NCBI GenBank assembly: GCA_020048755.1
Contig: JAIFMD010000153.1
Span: forward strand, 1-47,882
Source: Spirochaetota bacterium
GTDB lineage: Bacteria > Spirochaetota > Spirochaetia > Treponematales > UBA12059
Direction of reading: 5' to 3'
DNA: 47,882 nt
Positions 27,937 to 37,714 of the stretch are shown in pieces (positions within the stretch are counted from its first letter, which is position 1; each line of letters begins with the position of its first letter). The translations under genes were made by a program, and so were the position numbers. Under the pieces are notes generated by a model. It had not been told where the DNA came from, did not search any database, and saw only the letters and a program-made list of their open reading frames with translations.

Positions 27937-28802
27937 CGGACATAGCGATCGAGTAGAAATTCGTAGCGCCAGAGCAGGAGTTTGCTATTGCCCAGAGTTG
28001 CGGGAGTAAACCGGATTGGCGACGAGAGCACCGCCATCAACCGTGCCATCTGAGTTGCCGTTAGATTGGCAACAGGCGCCTTGTTGTATAATTTGGAAGC
28101 CGCCTCGATGCCGAACACCCCTTTGCCCCACTCCGCCCAGGAAAAATATAACTCCAGGATTCGTTCTTTGGAAAGCAGGATTTCCAGTTCAAAGGCAACG
28201 ATCACCTCAAGGTACTTCCTTAAGTAACTCTTGAACGGCACGAGGAACAGCGTCCTGGCCGTCTGCATCGTCAGGGTCGAGCCGCCATACATGGGCCTGC
28301 CTATCTGCTGGTTCACCTCATAAGCCCGCGCAAAAGCCTCCAGATCGATGCCATGGTGCTCGTAGAACTTGTAGTCTTCTATTGAAACGAGCATGCGCCT
28401 GGCTGTTTTGGGTATGCGCCCAAGCTCTGTCTTCACAGGCCTGACGATGGCCCAGCCATCGACATACTTGCGATACACTGAAAGTGTGGTAGCAGCCGGA
28501 TCGACAAAGGAAAAACACGCCACAATTATTGTCGTGGCGCATATGTACCAGATATGAAAAATCACGGTAGCAGAAAAACCCGCCCTCAGTCCTTTCACGA
28601 GCAAGGTACGATATCTGACGCGAGCTTTCATGGCTTTCGTTGCCAGGGGAAGACTCCGGATGCGACTGGAACCTTGGTTATGCAAAACCTCTTCGGAAGA
28701 GGTACCGGGTGATGCGCCTATGGCGCTGCCTATGGCCTTGTCGCGACTCAGGGCCAAAGTGGTACGTTTAATAGCCCGTTTGCATAGAAGTGCTGTGATC
28801 AT
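27933..28802 (-). CDS. mtgA: Monofunctional peptidoglycan transglycosylase (GT51)
   Basis: EDYKFYEHHGID, GGSTLTMQTAR, RKYLE, KERILELY, GVFGIEAAS; no transpeptidase domain. Start uncertain. Confidence 0.85.
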   Translation of the reverse strand: MITALLCKRAIKRTTLALSRDKAIGSAIGASPGTSSEEVLHNQGSSRIRSLPLATKAMKARVRYRTLLVKGLRAGFSATVIFHIWYICATTIIVACFSFVDPAATTLSVYRKYVDGWAIVRPVKTELGRIPKTARRMLVSIEDYKFYEHHGIDLEAFARAYEVNQQIGRPMYGGSTLTMQTARTLFLVPFKSYLRKYLEVIVAFELEILLSKERILELYFSWAEWGKGVFGIEAASKLYNKAPVANLTATQMARLMAVLSSPIRFTPATLGNSKLLLWRYEFLLDRYVR

Positions 28803-28921
28803 CGCCTACTATAGTACATGATTCATCGGGACAAGCCTAGATGTCTACCGCAAAGACAGACATACAATAACGTATTGGCGCAAACAGATGAACGCTTCGC
28901 TACTATTTCAATATTTTTTCC

Positions 28922-28950
28922 TTGACAGGAAGAACAGGCACTCCTAGTCT
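28922..28950 (+). promoter_or_regulatory. Putative sigma70 promoter of the M16 peptidase pair
   Basis: TTGACA-17-TAGTCT, followed by a CAGGAGG RBS. Confidence 0.6.
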
Positions 28951-28976
28951 GAAACGGCTTTCAGGAGGTCTACATC

Positions 28977-30443
28977 ATGAAACGTTCTTTAGCGATGCTG
29001 GTTGTTCTGGCTATCACCGCCATGATTCCCGTTTTCGCTGACGGTACCCCCATCCAGGGACTACACAGGTACCGACTGGACAACGGACTCGAGCTGTTCG
29101 TGCTGGAAAACCATGCCGTTCCACTCACCCGGGTGCAGATTACATTCCGTTGCGGGTCGATCACGCAGGAACCAGAGACAGCAGGGTTGTTCCATCTGTA
29201 CGAGCACATGCTCTTCAAGGGCAATTCCAGATATAGAACAGAAACAGAATTCTCGGCTGCAATGACGGAACTGGGCGTCGCTGAATGGAATGGGGGCACA
29301 TCCACTGAATATGTTACCTATTACTTTACAGTACCCTCTGACAAGACAGAGGCTGGCCTCGAATTCTGGTCCTATGCCATGCGCGAACCTTCTTTTGATC
29401 CCGCTGAACTCACGGTGGAACAGGCTGTGGTAGCAAATGAAATAAACGGCTTTCTTTCAGATCCTGACCACATATACTCGGCGGCCATGGACAAGGCCCT
29501 GTTCGGAACCTACCCATGGCGCCGCGATATTGGAGGCAACGAGGCGGTCGTCCGCGCAGCTACGGTACAGAATCTTCGCGACATCCAGGCTACCTACTAC
29601 CTGCCCAATAACGGAGCATTGTTCGTGGGAGGAGATGTAGACCCCGAGTCTGTCTACGCTATGGTTCAAAAATGGTATGGCGAGTGGAAAGCCGGAGTCG
29701 ATCCGTGGGAGACGCCCGCCAAAGCCCACCCGATGCCAGGCGTTACAAAGCCCGTGTATCTGGCTTATCCTGACGAATCGCTGCCTGAGGGCATCGCATA
29801 TATCGAGGTACGCTATCGTGGCCCCGATGTGATCATGGAACCGGAACCAACCTATGCAGCCGATGTTTGGGGCTATCTCATACAGGCTCCCGGTGGCCGC
29901 TTCAAAACAAATATATTTGATACGGTACCGGCGTTGTACGAAAAGGACTACATCGGCGGCTATTACTACACGCAACGTGATGGTGGCCAGGTATCGTTTT
30001 ACACCTATGCCTTTATCGACCCGGCGTTGCCTTTAGCCCAGCGCGCCAGAACAGCATTCAAGGACGCCGTAGTTGCTGGTGAAATCAAGGCCATGGTTAC
30101 CGATCCAGCCTATTTCTCCGAGGCAGCATTCTCCATCGTCAAACAGAAAATGGAAGACGAGCAGATTATTAACCTCGAGACGCCTGAAAAATTCATAGAG
30201 ACTCTGTCGTTCTGGTGGGCTGTCGCCTCCAGCGAATACTTCTTTGAGTACGTGCCAAACATGAAAAAAGTCGAGCACAAGGATATCGTTGCGTTTCTTG
30301 AAAAATTTGTACTCTCGAATCTGGAGGTCATAGCCGTGCGCCTGAATCCGGCTGATTTCGGGCTTGAGTCAGCTTCGCTGGCCACGGCGGGTTTCGTGAC
30401 GGTGACTCCAGAGACCGCGTTCTGGTGGAAGGACGGCAAATGA
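28977..30443 (+). CDS. M16 (pitrilysin/insulinase) family zinc peptidase, catalytic subunit, exported
   Basis: Signal peptide; LDNGL; inverted zinc motif HLYEH; downstream E (VANE). Confidence 0.92.
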   Translation: MKRSLAMLVVLAITAMIPVFADGTPIQGLHRYRLDNGLELFVLENHAVPLTRVQITFRCGSITQEPETAGLFHLYEHMLFKGNSRYRTETEFSAAMTELGVAEWNGGTSTEYVTYYFTVPSDKTEAGLEFWSYAMREPSFDPAELTVEQAVVANEINGFLSDPDHIYSAAMDKALFGTYPWRRDIGGNEAVVRAATVQNLRDIQATYYLPNNGALFVGGDVDPESVYAMVQKWYGEWKAGVDPWETPAKAHPMPGVTKPVYLAYPDESLPEGIAYIEVRYRGPDVIMEPEPTYAADVWGYLIQAPGGRFKTNIFDTVPALYEKDYIGGYYYTQRDGGQVSFYTYAFIDPALPLAQRARTAFKDAVVAGEIKAMVTDPAYFSEAAFSIVKQKMEDEQIINLETPEKFIETLSFWWAVASSEYFFEYVPNMKKVEHKDIVAFLEKFVLSNLEVIAVRLNPADFGLESASLATAGFVTVTPETAFWWKDGK

Positions 30444-32038
30444 TGAAAACCCTGAAATCATATTATCCAGTGCATGCCAAAACATACAGGCGGTCAGCAC
30501 TTGCGGCCATAGCCCTTATGATGATCCAGTCTGCCTGCGTCAGTTCGCCACCAGCAGCAAGCATGATTGAACAACCAGCAGTGGCTACCGCTCCTGTCGT
30601 GACCAGCGTGCCTATCACAGCACCCGCACCAGCGGCACCTGCAAAACCGGCTTGGTCGCTGCCCGTAACACCAGTATCTACATGGAAGCTGCCTGCGATT
30701 TCGAGTCCGTACATGCAGGCTAATCTGGCGACAATGGAGACACGCACCCTGGCAAACGGTATACCGCTCATAGTCAAGAAAAATCCAGCCAATCGCATAT
30801 ACACCATTAAAATAGCCTTCAAGGGTGGCTCGGCCATGACTACCGTGGAGAAGGCCGGCATAGAAGCCATGACCCTCGCCATGCTGGCCCGCGGTTCAGC
30901 ACAGTATCCTTATGCTGAAATCAAGCGCCTGCAATACGAGCGCTCAAGCGCCCTGGGCTATAATGCATCCAGTTACGACTGGGCCAGCTTCGACCTCAAT
31001 ACCATAGATAAATATTGGGACGAGATGTTTGCGGTCTACGCAGACTGCATACTCGCACCAGCCTTTGATCCGGCCCAGTTTGCCCTGGTCAAAAACGACT
31101 TCAAGGTAAGTCTGCAGAAATCCATGGCTGATCCATACAATTATGGAGTGGCAAAACTTCATGGCACGATGTTTGCCGGACATCCTTATGCTGCGGATTT
31201 TACCGGAACTGCTTCGTCGATAGAAGCTATCACGCTTGATGACATCAAGGCGTATTACCGTGACGCGATGACTGCAGACAGGATAGTCATCGTTGCCGTG
31301 GGTAACTTCAATGCAGACAAACTAGCCACAGCACTTGACCGCACCGTTGGCACCATGAACAAAAAGGGACCGGGCGTGCCTGAAATTCAACCCTACCAAC
31401 CCCGACAAGCGCTGTATCTGGAGAAGTTTGACAAGTCCAAAGGCATAGCCTACGTTCGTGGTGACTATCCCATCGCAGATGCCCGCAGTCCCGACTTTGC
31501 CACACTGCAACTGGCATACTCGATGCTGGACGAACTGCTTTTCAGCATCGTACGCACCGAACACGGGGCAGCCTACTCTGTGTGGTCCCGTGCTTTTGGA
31601 TTCAAGAGTGCTTATGGATCCATGGTTGTCTACAAGACCGATAAACCCAGCGACGCCAAGACCTGGGTGGACGAAGCCATCGCGGTACTTGCCTCCGGAA
31701 AAACACTGAACCTCAAGGGTGGTATGGATACGTACGCGCCGCTTGCAGCGACAATTGATGCGTACAAGGCCAAGTACATAAATGCTTTCTACGGCAACCA
31801 GCAGACAAACGCCGAGACGGCCGCGCAACTTGCTTCCAGCTATGTATACTTTGGCGACCATCTGGAATACCTGCGGTTCATCGACAAGATCAATGCAATC
31901 CATCCGGAAGACATCATTGCCGCCGTCAAAGCCTACGTGATTGCGGCACCCATCACCTGGATGGTTGTCTCCGACCAGGCCACCCTGTCAAAGGTAGACA
32001 AGACAAGATTCGACCACTTCACCGGGGTTGTCGAGTAG
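30440..32038 (+). CDS. M16 family peptidase, non-catalytic subunit, probable lipoprotein
   Basis: Lipobox-like QSAC, P/A-rich linker, LANGI, no HxxEH, R/Y motif (VRTEHGAAY). ATGA overlap with the partner gene. Confidence 0.85.
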   Translation: MMKTLKSYYPVHAKTYRRSALAAIALMMIQSACVSSPPAASMIEQPAVATAPVVTSVPITAPAPAAPAKPAWSLPVTPVSTWKLPAISSPYMQANLATMETRTLANGIPLIVKKNPANRIYTIKIAFKGGSAMTTVEKAGIEAMTLAMLARGSAQYPYAEIKRLQYERSSALGYNASSYDWASFDLNTIDKYWDEMFAVYADCILAPAFDPAQFALVKNDFKVSLQKSMADPYNYGVAKLHGTMFAGHPYAADFTGTASSIEAITLDDIKAYYRDAMTADRIVIVAVGNFNADKLATALDRTVGTMNKKGPGVPEIQPYQPRQALYLEKFDKSKGIAYVRGDYPIADARSPDFATLQLAYSMLDELLFSIVRTEHGAAYSVWSRAFGFKSAYGSMVVYKTDKPSDAKTWVDEAIAVLASGKTLNLKGGMDTYAPLAATIDAYKAKYINAFYGNQQTNAETAAQLASSYVYFGDHLEYLRFIDKINAIHPEDIIAAVKAYVIAAPITWMVVSDQATLSKVDKTRFDHFTGVVE

Positions 32039-32086
32039 CCCTATATACGATTTTAACTTTTAAAAAATATGGCTGATACAGGATAT

Positions 32087-32217
32087 GAATTTGCACAGAG
32101 ACACAGAGAAGATGAGGTAAGAAAGAAAAGAGAAAGAAGGAAAAGAAATTTACAACCCCTTTTCCTTCTTAATCCTTCTTATTTCCCTCGTCTTCTCTGT
32201 GTCTCTGTGCAAAATTC
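32087..32217. repeat. About 130-bp AT-rich inverted-repeat element between convergent genes
   Basis: TTTGCACAGAGACACAGAGAAGATGAGG pairs with CCTCGTCTTCTCTGTGTCTCTGTGCAAA; inner AAGAAGGAAAAG pairs with CTTTTCCTTCTT. Confidence 0.85.
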
Positions 32218-32319
32218 TTTTTCAATATTCAACGTATCTACTCTGTGGCTCTTTGCCCAAATTTCCTACTCTATCTGCCATAACTTCTTTGTAACTGTGC
32301 CCGAAATTCCTGATAAGGT

Positions 32320-32784
32320 TCAGGTGAGGTCGGCGAAGGTGGCGTGGCTGGCTCTGGCAAGATCGTCAGGGGTAAGTATCATCTGCAGCCCTCGGGTACC
32401 TGCGCTGACTGAAATGGTCTCCCACAGCCGGGCAGTCTCGTCGATGAATACGGGCAGGTTTTTCTTTGTGCCTACAGGAGAACAACCGCCGCGTACATAC
32501 CCTGTGAGCGGTTCCAGTTCCTTTAGCGGCAGTGGTTGCACAGCCTTGTCGCCCGTTGCCCTGGCTGCCTTTTTCAGGTCAACTTCAGCGGAACCCGGCA
32601 CCACGCAGAGGAAGGGACCGTACTTGTCTCCCTGTACCACGATAGTTTTGAACACACGATCTGGATCCAGACCAAGCTTTTCTGCAGCGGCGGAGGCAGA
32701 GAGGTCGTCTTCTGACCAGGCATATGCAAGCGTCTCTACGGCAATGCCGAGCGACCGAACGATCCTCAATGCGTTCGTCGTCAT
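32320..32784 (-). CDS. ybaK: Cys-tRNA(Pro) deacylase YbaK
   Basis: TNALR, VFKTIV, TGYVRGGCSPVG, SAGTRGLQ. Confidence 0.93.
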   Translation of the reverse strand: MTTNALRIVRSLGIAVETLAYAWSEDDLSASAAAEKLGLDPDRVFKTIVVQGDKYGPFLCVVPGSAEVDLKKAARATGDKAVQPLPLKELEPLTGYVRGGCSPVGTKKNLPVFIDETARLWETISVSAGTRGLQMILTPDDLARASHATFADLT

Positions 32785-32795
32785 GACCGTAGAGC

Positions 32796-34385
32796 CTACC
32801 GTTTATGCCGGAATACCCGGTAATTGATGCTGGGGAAGATGTTGTTTCGCTTCTCGAGTTTCGTAAGCCATTCGGTGCCTACAGTATTGGCGCACAGCAT
32901 CTCATAGATGCGGTTGAAATTAGTAACCGCATCTTCTATCTGCTTGCGCGCAAAGGAACCCGATTTTCCGGCACGCAGGAGGAAGGGCCAGTCTGAAGCC
33001 TGGGCAAGCATCACTTCCCGCGCGGCCTGGTTGAGCACTCGCTCACGCAGTCCACTCTCGTTGGGGAATCTCTCGGCAAGTTCTATCATGCGCTCTATCA
33101 GCTTGAACACATGGCGGTAAACCCAGTCATTTGATTTCTCCAGCCAGATACCGCCATAGCCACCATCGCCCCACGATGAGTATTCAGGGACTGATTCAAA
33201 ATTGTCTGGATACGACCTGCGGTATTCTGACAGTGTGACAAAACGGAGGTCTTCTGTGGCTTGAGCCTTCCTGAACACTGTCTCGAGCCACCCGGGCCCT
33301 TCAAACCATCCATGTCCAAACAATTCGGCGTCGTAGGGTGCTACCATCAACGGTGGCCGGCCATTCATGTGCACAGAAGCGGCCTTTGCCTGGGCAGCCC
33401 GGGCCTGCAGGAATCGTGATGCATGTTCTTCAACCCGCGCCGCGGCCAGTTCAGGTGAATACGGCGCTTTCTGATCATTGCCACCGGTGATGGACCAGTA
33501 TTTGAAACCGGTAAATGTCCTGATCTGGTTCTGTTCGATGTACGGACCAACATAGTCCAGGGGCAGGTCAAATCCAATATCCCGGTAGAAATCACGGTAT
33601 GCGGGATCAGCAGGGTAGCCGCTGGTTTCAGACCAGACATCATTGGTAGACGCTATATCGCGTATGAAAGTTGTAAAACCATTTGGGCATGAAACAGGAG
33701 CGTATGACCCATAGCGAGGAGTTGGATCACCGAGCAAAGCGCCTCGCGTCGAGACTACACTGTATTGAAGGCCGTACGCGCTCAGGGTTTCTTCGATACC
33801 AGGGTACCATCCAAGCTGCGGCATCCAGAACCCGGATGGAGAACGACCGAATGCAGCACGGAACGAGACAACGGCCGCTTCTACCTGCGCCGTCGTAGCC
33901 GCCTGGTAATTCCGGTAGATAGGCATGAATGCGTTGGTGGCACCGCTCGTCATCAGATCTATGCGGCCCTTCTTATAATAGAAATCAAGTGCACCAAGGA
34001 GGTTGCCACTGTACAGCATGGTAAAATCTTCAGAATCCTTGAGATAGAGGTTGTAATACATCGTTGCCAGGGGCGCAAAATCCGGATCACCGGCACAACG
34101 GACCATCTCTTTCTCGGCAAGTTCAAGCTGCATCTTCAGCCAGGCGGTATAGCGGCTGCGAAGCAGGGCGTCCCCGAACATGGCCTCGAGTGTCGGGGAC
34201 AGGGCAAGAGTGAGTTTCCAGGGCACCTTGTCCGACTCAAGCCTGGCGAATACACGGAGCAGGGGCAGATAGGTTTCTGACAATGATTCAAAGAGCCAGC
34301 GCTCTTCCAGGAAACGGGGATAATCGGGTTGCCGCACAAAGGGCAGATGTGAATTCAGTACGAGAGCTACGAGTCCACTGTCCAA
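32796..34385 (-). CDS. GH57 family 1,4-alpha-glucan branching enzyme (DUF1957)
   Basis: LNSHLPFV, EERWLFE, ETYLPL, YRDFYRDIG, PYDAELFGHGWFEG, QAARE..LAQASDW. TTG start after GGAGG. Confidence 0.88.
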   Translation of the reverse strand: MDSGLVALVLNSHLPFVRQPDYPRFLEERWLFESLSETYLPLLRVFARLESDKVPWKLTLALSPTLEAMFGDALLRSRYTAWLKMQLELAEKEMVRCAGDPDFAPLATMYYNLYLKDSEDFTMLYSGNLLGALDFYYKKGRIDLMTSGATNAFMPIYRNYQAATTAQVEAAVVSFRAAFGRSPSGFWMPQLGWYPGIEETLSAYGLQYSVVSTRGALLGDPTPRYGSYAPVSCPNGFTTFIRDIASTNDVWSETSGYPADPAYRDFYRDIGFDLPLDYVGPYIEQNQIRTFTGFKYWSITGGNDQKAPYSPELAAARVEEHASRFLQARAAQAKAASVHMNGRPPLMVAPYDAELFGHGWFEGPGWLETVFRKAQATEDLRFVTLSEYRRSYPDNFESVPEYSSWGDGGYGGIWLEKSNDWVYRHVFKLIERMIELAERFPNESGLRERVLNQAAREVMLAQASDWPFLLRAGKSGSFARKQIEDAVTNFNRIYEMLCANTVGTEWLTKLEKRNNIFPSINYRVFRHKR

Positions 34386-34397
34386 GGAAATCCTCCG

Positions 34398-35102
34398 TTA
34401 CTCGTCAAAGCCGCCAAGGATGCGGGAAGGATGGCGCATGGGTGCCTGAACTATCTCGAGGATTGCAAGGCCTGAGAGCGCGGCAAGTTCCGCCGCTCCT
34501 GGATCAAGATCGGCAAGCGAATCGGCCATCAACGCCCTTGGAGTACGTATTACTGGTGAATGAGCCAATAATCGCGATTTAGTACCAGTCTTGGCATACA
34601 GATCGACCCGATATGAGCGGTCTTCTTCTGGCAGATGGAGGTACCAGTGATCATCTTCTTCACCGACGACCACCTCAAATGAAGCAGTAGACTTGCCATC
34701 GTAACCAGGTTCCTTGATGACTCTAAGAAAAAGATGCGAAAAAGAGTCAGAGGCTCTCAGCTCATCGAGTTCTTCGTCACGCAGATCCCAGAATACAAAA
34801 GCCCACGCCGGGTCGCGCGCGATCACGTGCACAATAGTTTCATTATACCTGCACACGATGCACGGAGCGGCATCGATGGAGGCGTCAATTTCGTCGAGTT
34901 CCGAGCCCGAGTACTTCTTTTCTTCTATATGAACAGCCGCATCACCAGCGGACTTGCGGTCTTCATTGTCTTCTTCAAAAGCCTCGAACAGAGCCTCGAC
35001 AATAAAGACCTTTTCAAGATCCGGGGGGAGATCGAGCGCCATCTTTTCAGAGAGGGCATAGAGAGCATCAATGGATAGACTATTCAAACGTTCGACATTC
35101 AC
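34398..35102 (-). CDS. DUF4912 domain protein
   Basis: YNET....ARDP.WAFVFWD and WYLHLP motifs; Rho-N-like N-terminal helix; adjacent to GH57. Probable GTG start at 35102 (track start 35150). Confidence 0.8.
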   Translation of the reverse strand: MNVERLNSLSIDALYALSEKMALDLPPDLEKVFIVEALFEAFEEDNEDRKSAGDAAVHIEEKKYSGSELDEIDASIDAAPCIVCRYNETIVHVIARDPAWAFVFWDLRDEELDELRASDSFSHLFLRVIKEPGYDGKSTASFEVVVGEEDDHWYLHLPEEDRSYRVDLYAKTGTKSRLLAHSPVIRTPRALMADSLADLDPGAAELAALSGLAILEIVQAPMRHPSRILGGFDE

Positions 35103-35167
35103 GTTTTCATCATCCGAGAAATAGCGCCGCCGTGTCAAGCCGTGCCTCAAAAAGCGGCACGGTTAGA

Positions 35168-36313
35168 CTAATTTCCATCGCGAGGCTTATCTTCAGCTCC
35201 ACCATGTATTGCGGGATCACCAGGACTTGTGGGGGACTTTCTCCGTCTGCGCCGCCGGGGCCGCTTTGGTTTCTGTTTAGGCTCTGGAGCCGTGAACACC
35301 GCATGGACGGCGGCTTCAACCTCTATGCGGGGCATGGTCAGTGGTGAGAGGAATTCCCTGGCGGCTTCAAGCGCATTGCGGTATGCATCCTGGGCGTCCT
35401 CGGCGGGAATGGCCTGAGCTGCTGAAACCGCATCCTTGAGGACGAAGGACAAAAGCGCACCAAGTGTTTTATCGCCCGTATCGGCCACGTACGAATCAAG
35501 CTGATCGAGGGAGGAACGCATCGAAGCCGCTGCGGCAGTGCCCGCGAGCAACCGCGCTCCAACACCTGGCATTATTGCGGACAACAGGCCATAACGCTGC
35601 AAAGAATCGATTATCCGACGGGCATTTCCTGAATACAGGATCTTTGTAGCCTCTTCGCCCAGCCTGCTGACCGATGCGCCGGAAAGCAGGGGAGCATGCC
35701 GCTTGATGGCGTGCCGTGTCAGGAACGGTATGGTAAAGCCGGTAGCCTCGGCATACTTGACCGCCCGTATCATGCGTACGGGATCTTCGGCAAAGATAGT
35801 CTTGAGCGGTATTACCGGCACGATGCGCTTGGCACGCATATCCTTGAGGCCACCGACATAATCCACCAGTTTGCGGTCCAAAGGGTCAAAATAGAGGGCG
35901 TTCATTGAAAAATCACGCCTTTTTGCATCATCGTCTATGGTGCCGTAGGTGTTGCCTACCGTGCCGTTTGCTATGGACCGGAAGGTTGAAACTTCATAGA
36001 TCCGTTCTCCGACATACACATGGACCAGCCTGAACCGTTTACCTATGATGCGACTCCGGTAAAACAGCTTCTTGATGCGCGGTGGTTCGGCATCGGTGAC
36101 TATGTCGTAGTCCTTGGGAGCCCTGCCGAGGATAAGATCCCGGACAGCGCCTCCGACTATGTAGGCGGAGTGTCCAGAGCGCCTGAGGCGTTCAATGATC
36201 CTTACAGCATCCGGATCAACGGCATCGGGATCTATCCCGTGCTCGCGCTCTGTATATACTATGGCCTTTTTTACCGGTTTGCCGTCCGGGCCGTTCTGAT
36301 ATCGTACGAGCAA
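35168..36313 (-). CDS. pcnB: Poly(A) polymerase I
   Basis: VGGAVRD, KDYD, PAP signature IIGKRFRLVHV, RRDFSMNAL, EDPVRMIRA, Arg-rich C-terminus. Confidence 0.88.
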   Translation of the reverse strand: MLVRYQNGPDGKPVKKAIVYTEREHGIDPDAVDPDAVRIIERLRRSGHSAYIVGGAVRDLILGRAPKDYDIVTDAEPPRIKKLFYRSRIIGKRFRLVHVYVGERIYEVSTFRSIANGTVGNTYGTIDDDAKRRDFSMNALYFDPLDRKLVDYVGGLKDMRAKRIVPVIPLKTIFAEDPVRMIRAVKYAEATGFTIPFLTRHAIKRHAPLLSGASVSRLGEEATKILYSGNARRIIDSLQRYGLLSAIMPGVGARLLAGTAAAASMRSSLDQLDSYVADTGDKTLGALLSFVLKDAVSAAQAIPAEDAQDAYRNALEAAREFLSPLTMPRIEVEAAVHAVFTAPEPKQKPKRPRRRRRRKSPTSPGDPAIHGGAEDKPRDGN

Positions 36314-36443
36314 TTTTTCCCCTGAAATCGATATAGGGATTGGTCCGGGCAGTCGTAGGACGACAGCACTGCGGAGTCACAACTATACTCCCTCCCGGGC
36401 CTCGCTGGTCAAGGCCGGAAAGGGGGGAGCGGGTCTGGACGGA

Positions 36444-37364
36444 TCAGTTGCAGGAGTTCAGCCAGGTAATTACGTCGGTAGTCGCTTCTTCCCTGCAGGT
36501 ATCATTGAGTACCTCATGGCGGCCCTCAGGATAGAGTTTTTTGCTCAGCTTGACGATACCGAGGGACTTGTATCGATCGAACAGCCAGTCAAAGGATCCT
36601 GTAGCGGCTCCTACGGGATCCTTGGCTCCCGCAAACATATGGAGTGGCAGGTCTTTAGGCACGCCCGCCATCGTAGCCGGAGCATGGATCCAGGAGAGGC
36701 CAGCGAGCAGGTCCCTGAAAAAGCCATAGGTACACAGAAAACCACACAAGGGACTGGCGATGTACTTGTCTACCTCAGCCGGATCGCGGGACAGCCAGTC
36801 GAACTTGGTCCGGGCTGGCTGGAACGCCTTGTTGAAGGCACCAAAACTCATCGTGTCCATCAGCGGAGCCTTGGCCTTCTGCCCCTTGAGTGCGCATCCG
36901 AGTGCCGCGACGACACTGCCAGCCTTGACCGTAATTCCTCCATCCCCTGCCGTGCCGCTCAATATGCAACCCGACAATTCCGAACCATACAGTGAAATAT
37001 AGCCCTGGGACAGGAAAGAGCCCCAGGAATGGCCGAACAGGAACAGCTTCTTGCCCGGACGGTCGGATTTGATGCGCAGGGCAAGACCGTGGAGATCCTC
37101 CACGACACGGCGGAATCCATCACGGTCTGCAAGCCAGCCCAGTTCACCCTCGGAGGCAGTCTTGCCATGCCCCCGGTGATCGGGGGCCCAGACTTCATAC
37201 CCAGCCTTGGTGAGCGATTCCGCAAACCTGGCGTAACGGGCTGCGTGTTCTGCCATTCCGTGTGCCACAAGCACGCAGGCGCTGGCCTCAGTCTCCGGGC
37301 TCCAATGGTAGACATGCACACTTTTGCCATCATCCGCTATGTAGGAAAATTCTTCTGTTTTCAT
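36444..37364 (-). CDS. Alpha/beta hydrolase (lysophospholipase-like)
   Basis: HGMAEH, DHRGHG, GHSWG nucleophile elbow, WLSRD, RHEVLN. Start ATG 37364. Confidence 0.9.
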   Translation of the reverse strand: MKTEEFSYIADDGKSVHVYHWSPETEASACVLVAHGMAEHAARYARFAESLTKAGYEVWAPDHRGHGKTASEGELGWLADRDGFRRVVEDLHGLALRIKSDRPGKKLFLFGHSWGSFLSQGYISLYGSELSGCILSGTAGDGGITVKAGSVVAALGCALKGQKAKAPLMDTMSFGAFNKAFQPARTKFDWLSRDPAEVDKYIASPLCGFLCTYGFFRDLLAGLSWIHAPATMAGVPKDLPLHMFAGAKDPVGAATGSFDWLFDRYKSLGIVKLSKKLYPEGRHEVLNDTCREEATTDVITWLNSCN

Positions 37365-37370
37365 GGTGTC

Positions 37371-37399
37371 AGTATACACCCGCTCAGGCTGAGCCGCAA
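37371..37399 (-). promoter_or_regulatory. Putative sigma70 promoter (leaderless)
   Basis: TTGCGG-17-TATACT, 6 nt before ATG 37364. Confidence 0.6.
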
Positions 37400-37459
37400 A
37401 TGGAAAGCAACCGGACACCAATGATGCATAAAGATCTGGATAATGGGGAGATTTCGTAT

Positions 37460-37487
37460 TCAAGTTTCAGGGGTAACTTGCCGATAG
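37460..37487 (+). promoter_or_regulatory. Sigma28 (FliA) promoter of the flagellin gene
   Basis: TCAAGTTT...GCCGATAG (TCAA-N16-GCCGATAG) upstream of flaB. Confidence 0.8.
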
Positions 37488-37671
37488 TTGAAGAAGAGAC
37501 GGATTTCGATCCTGGTGCGGCATTCCTGCCCTTCAGTTCGTACCCTACTCTACGATCATCGGCTCCGGCCAGAATTACTTGAGCGTGTACCGGAAGACGG
37601 AAGGCGCCAAGCAGGTCACCGAACAACGAAAGGAGAAAACAAGGCGACGACAACCGGAACCACGATCGGTA

Positions 37672-37710
37672 CGCGGGACATGGATGCCCCGCGCATAGAC
37701 TCAAGGAGGA
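37672..37710 (+). promoter_or_regulatory. Putative CsrA-binding sites in the first flaB leader
   Basis: Hairpin CGCGGG-ACATGGATGC-CCCGCG presenting ATGGA, plus AAGGAGGA overlapping the RBS. Confidence 0.6.
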
Positions 37711-37714
37711 AGTC

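Noticed and set aside
32069-32827. 252-aa plus-strand ORF
   Set aside because: Translates the hairpin element and is antisense to ybaK.
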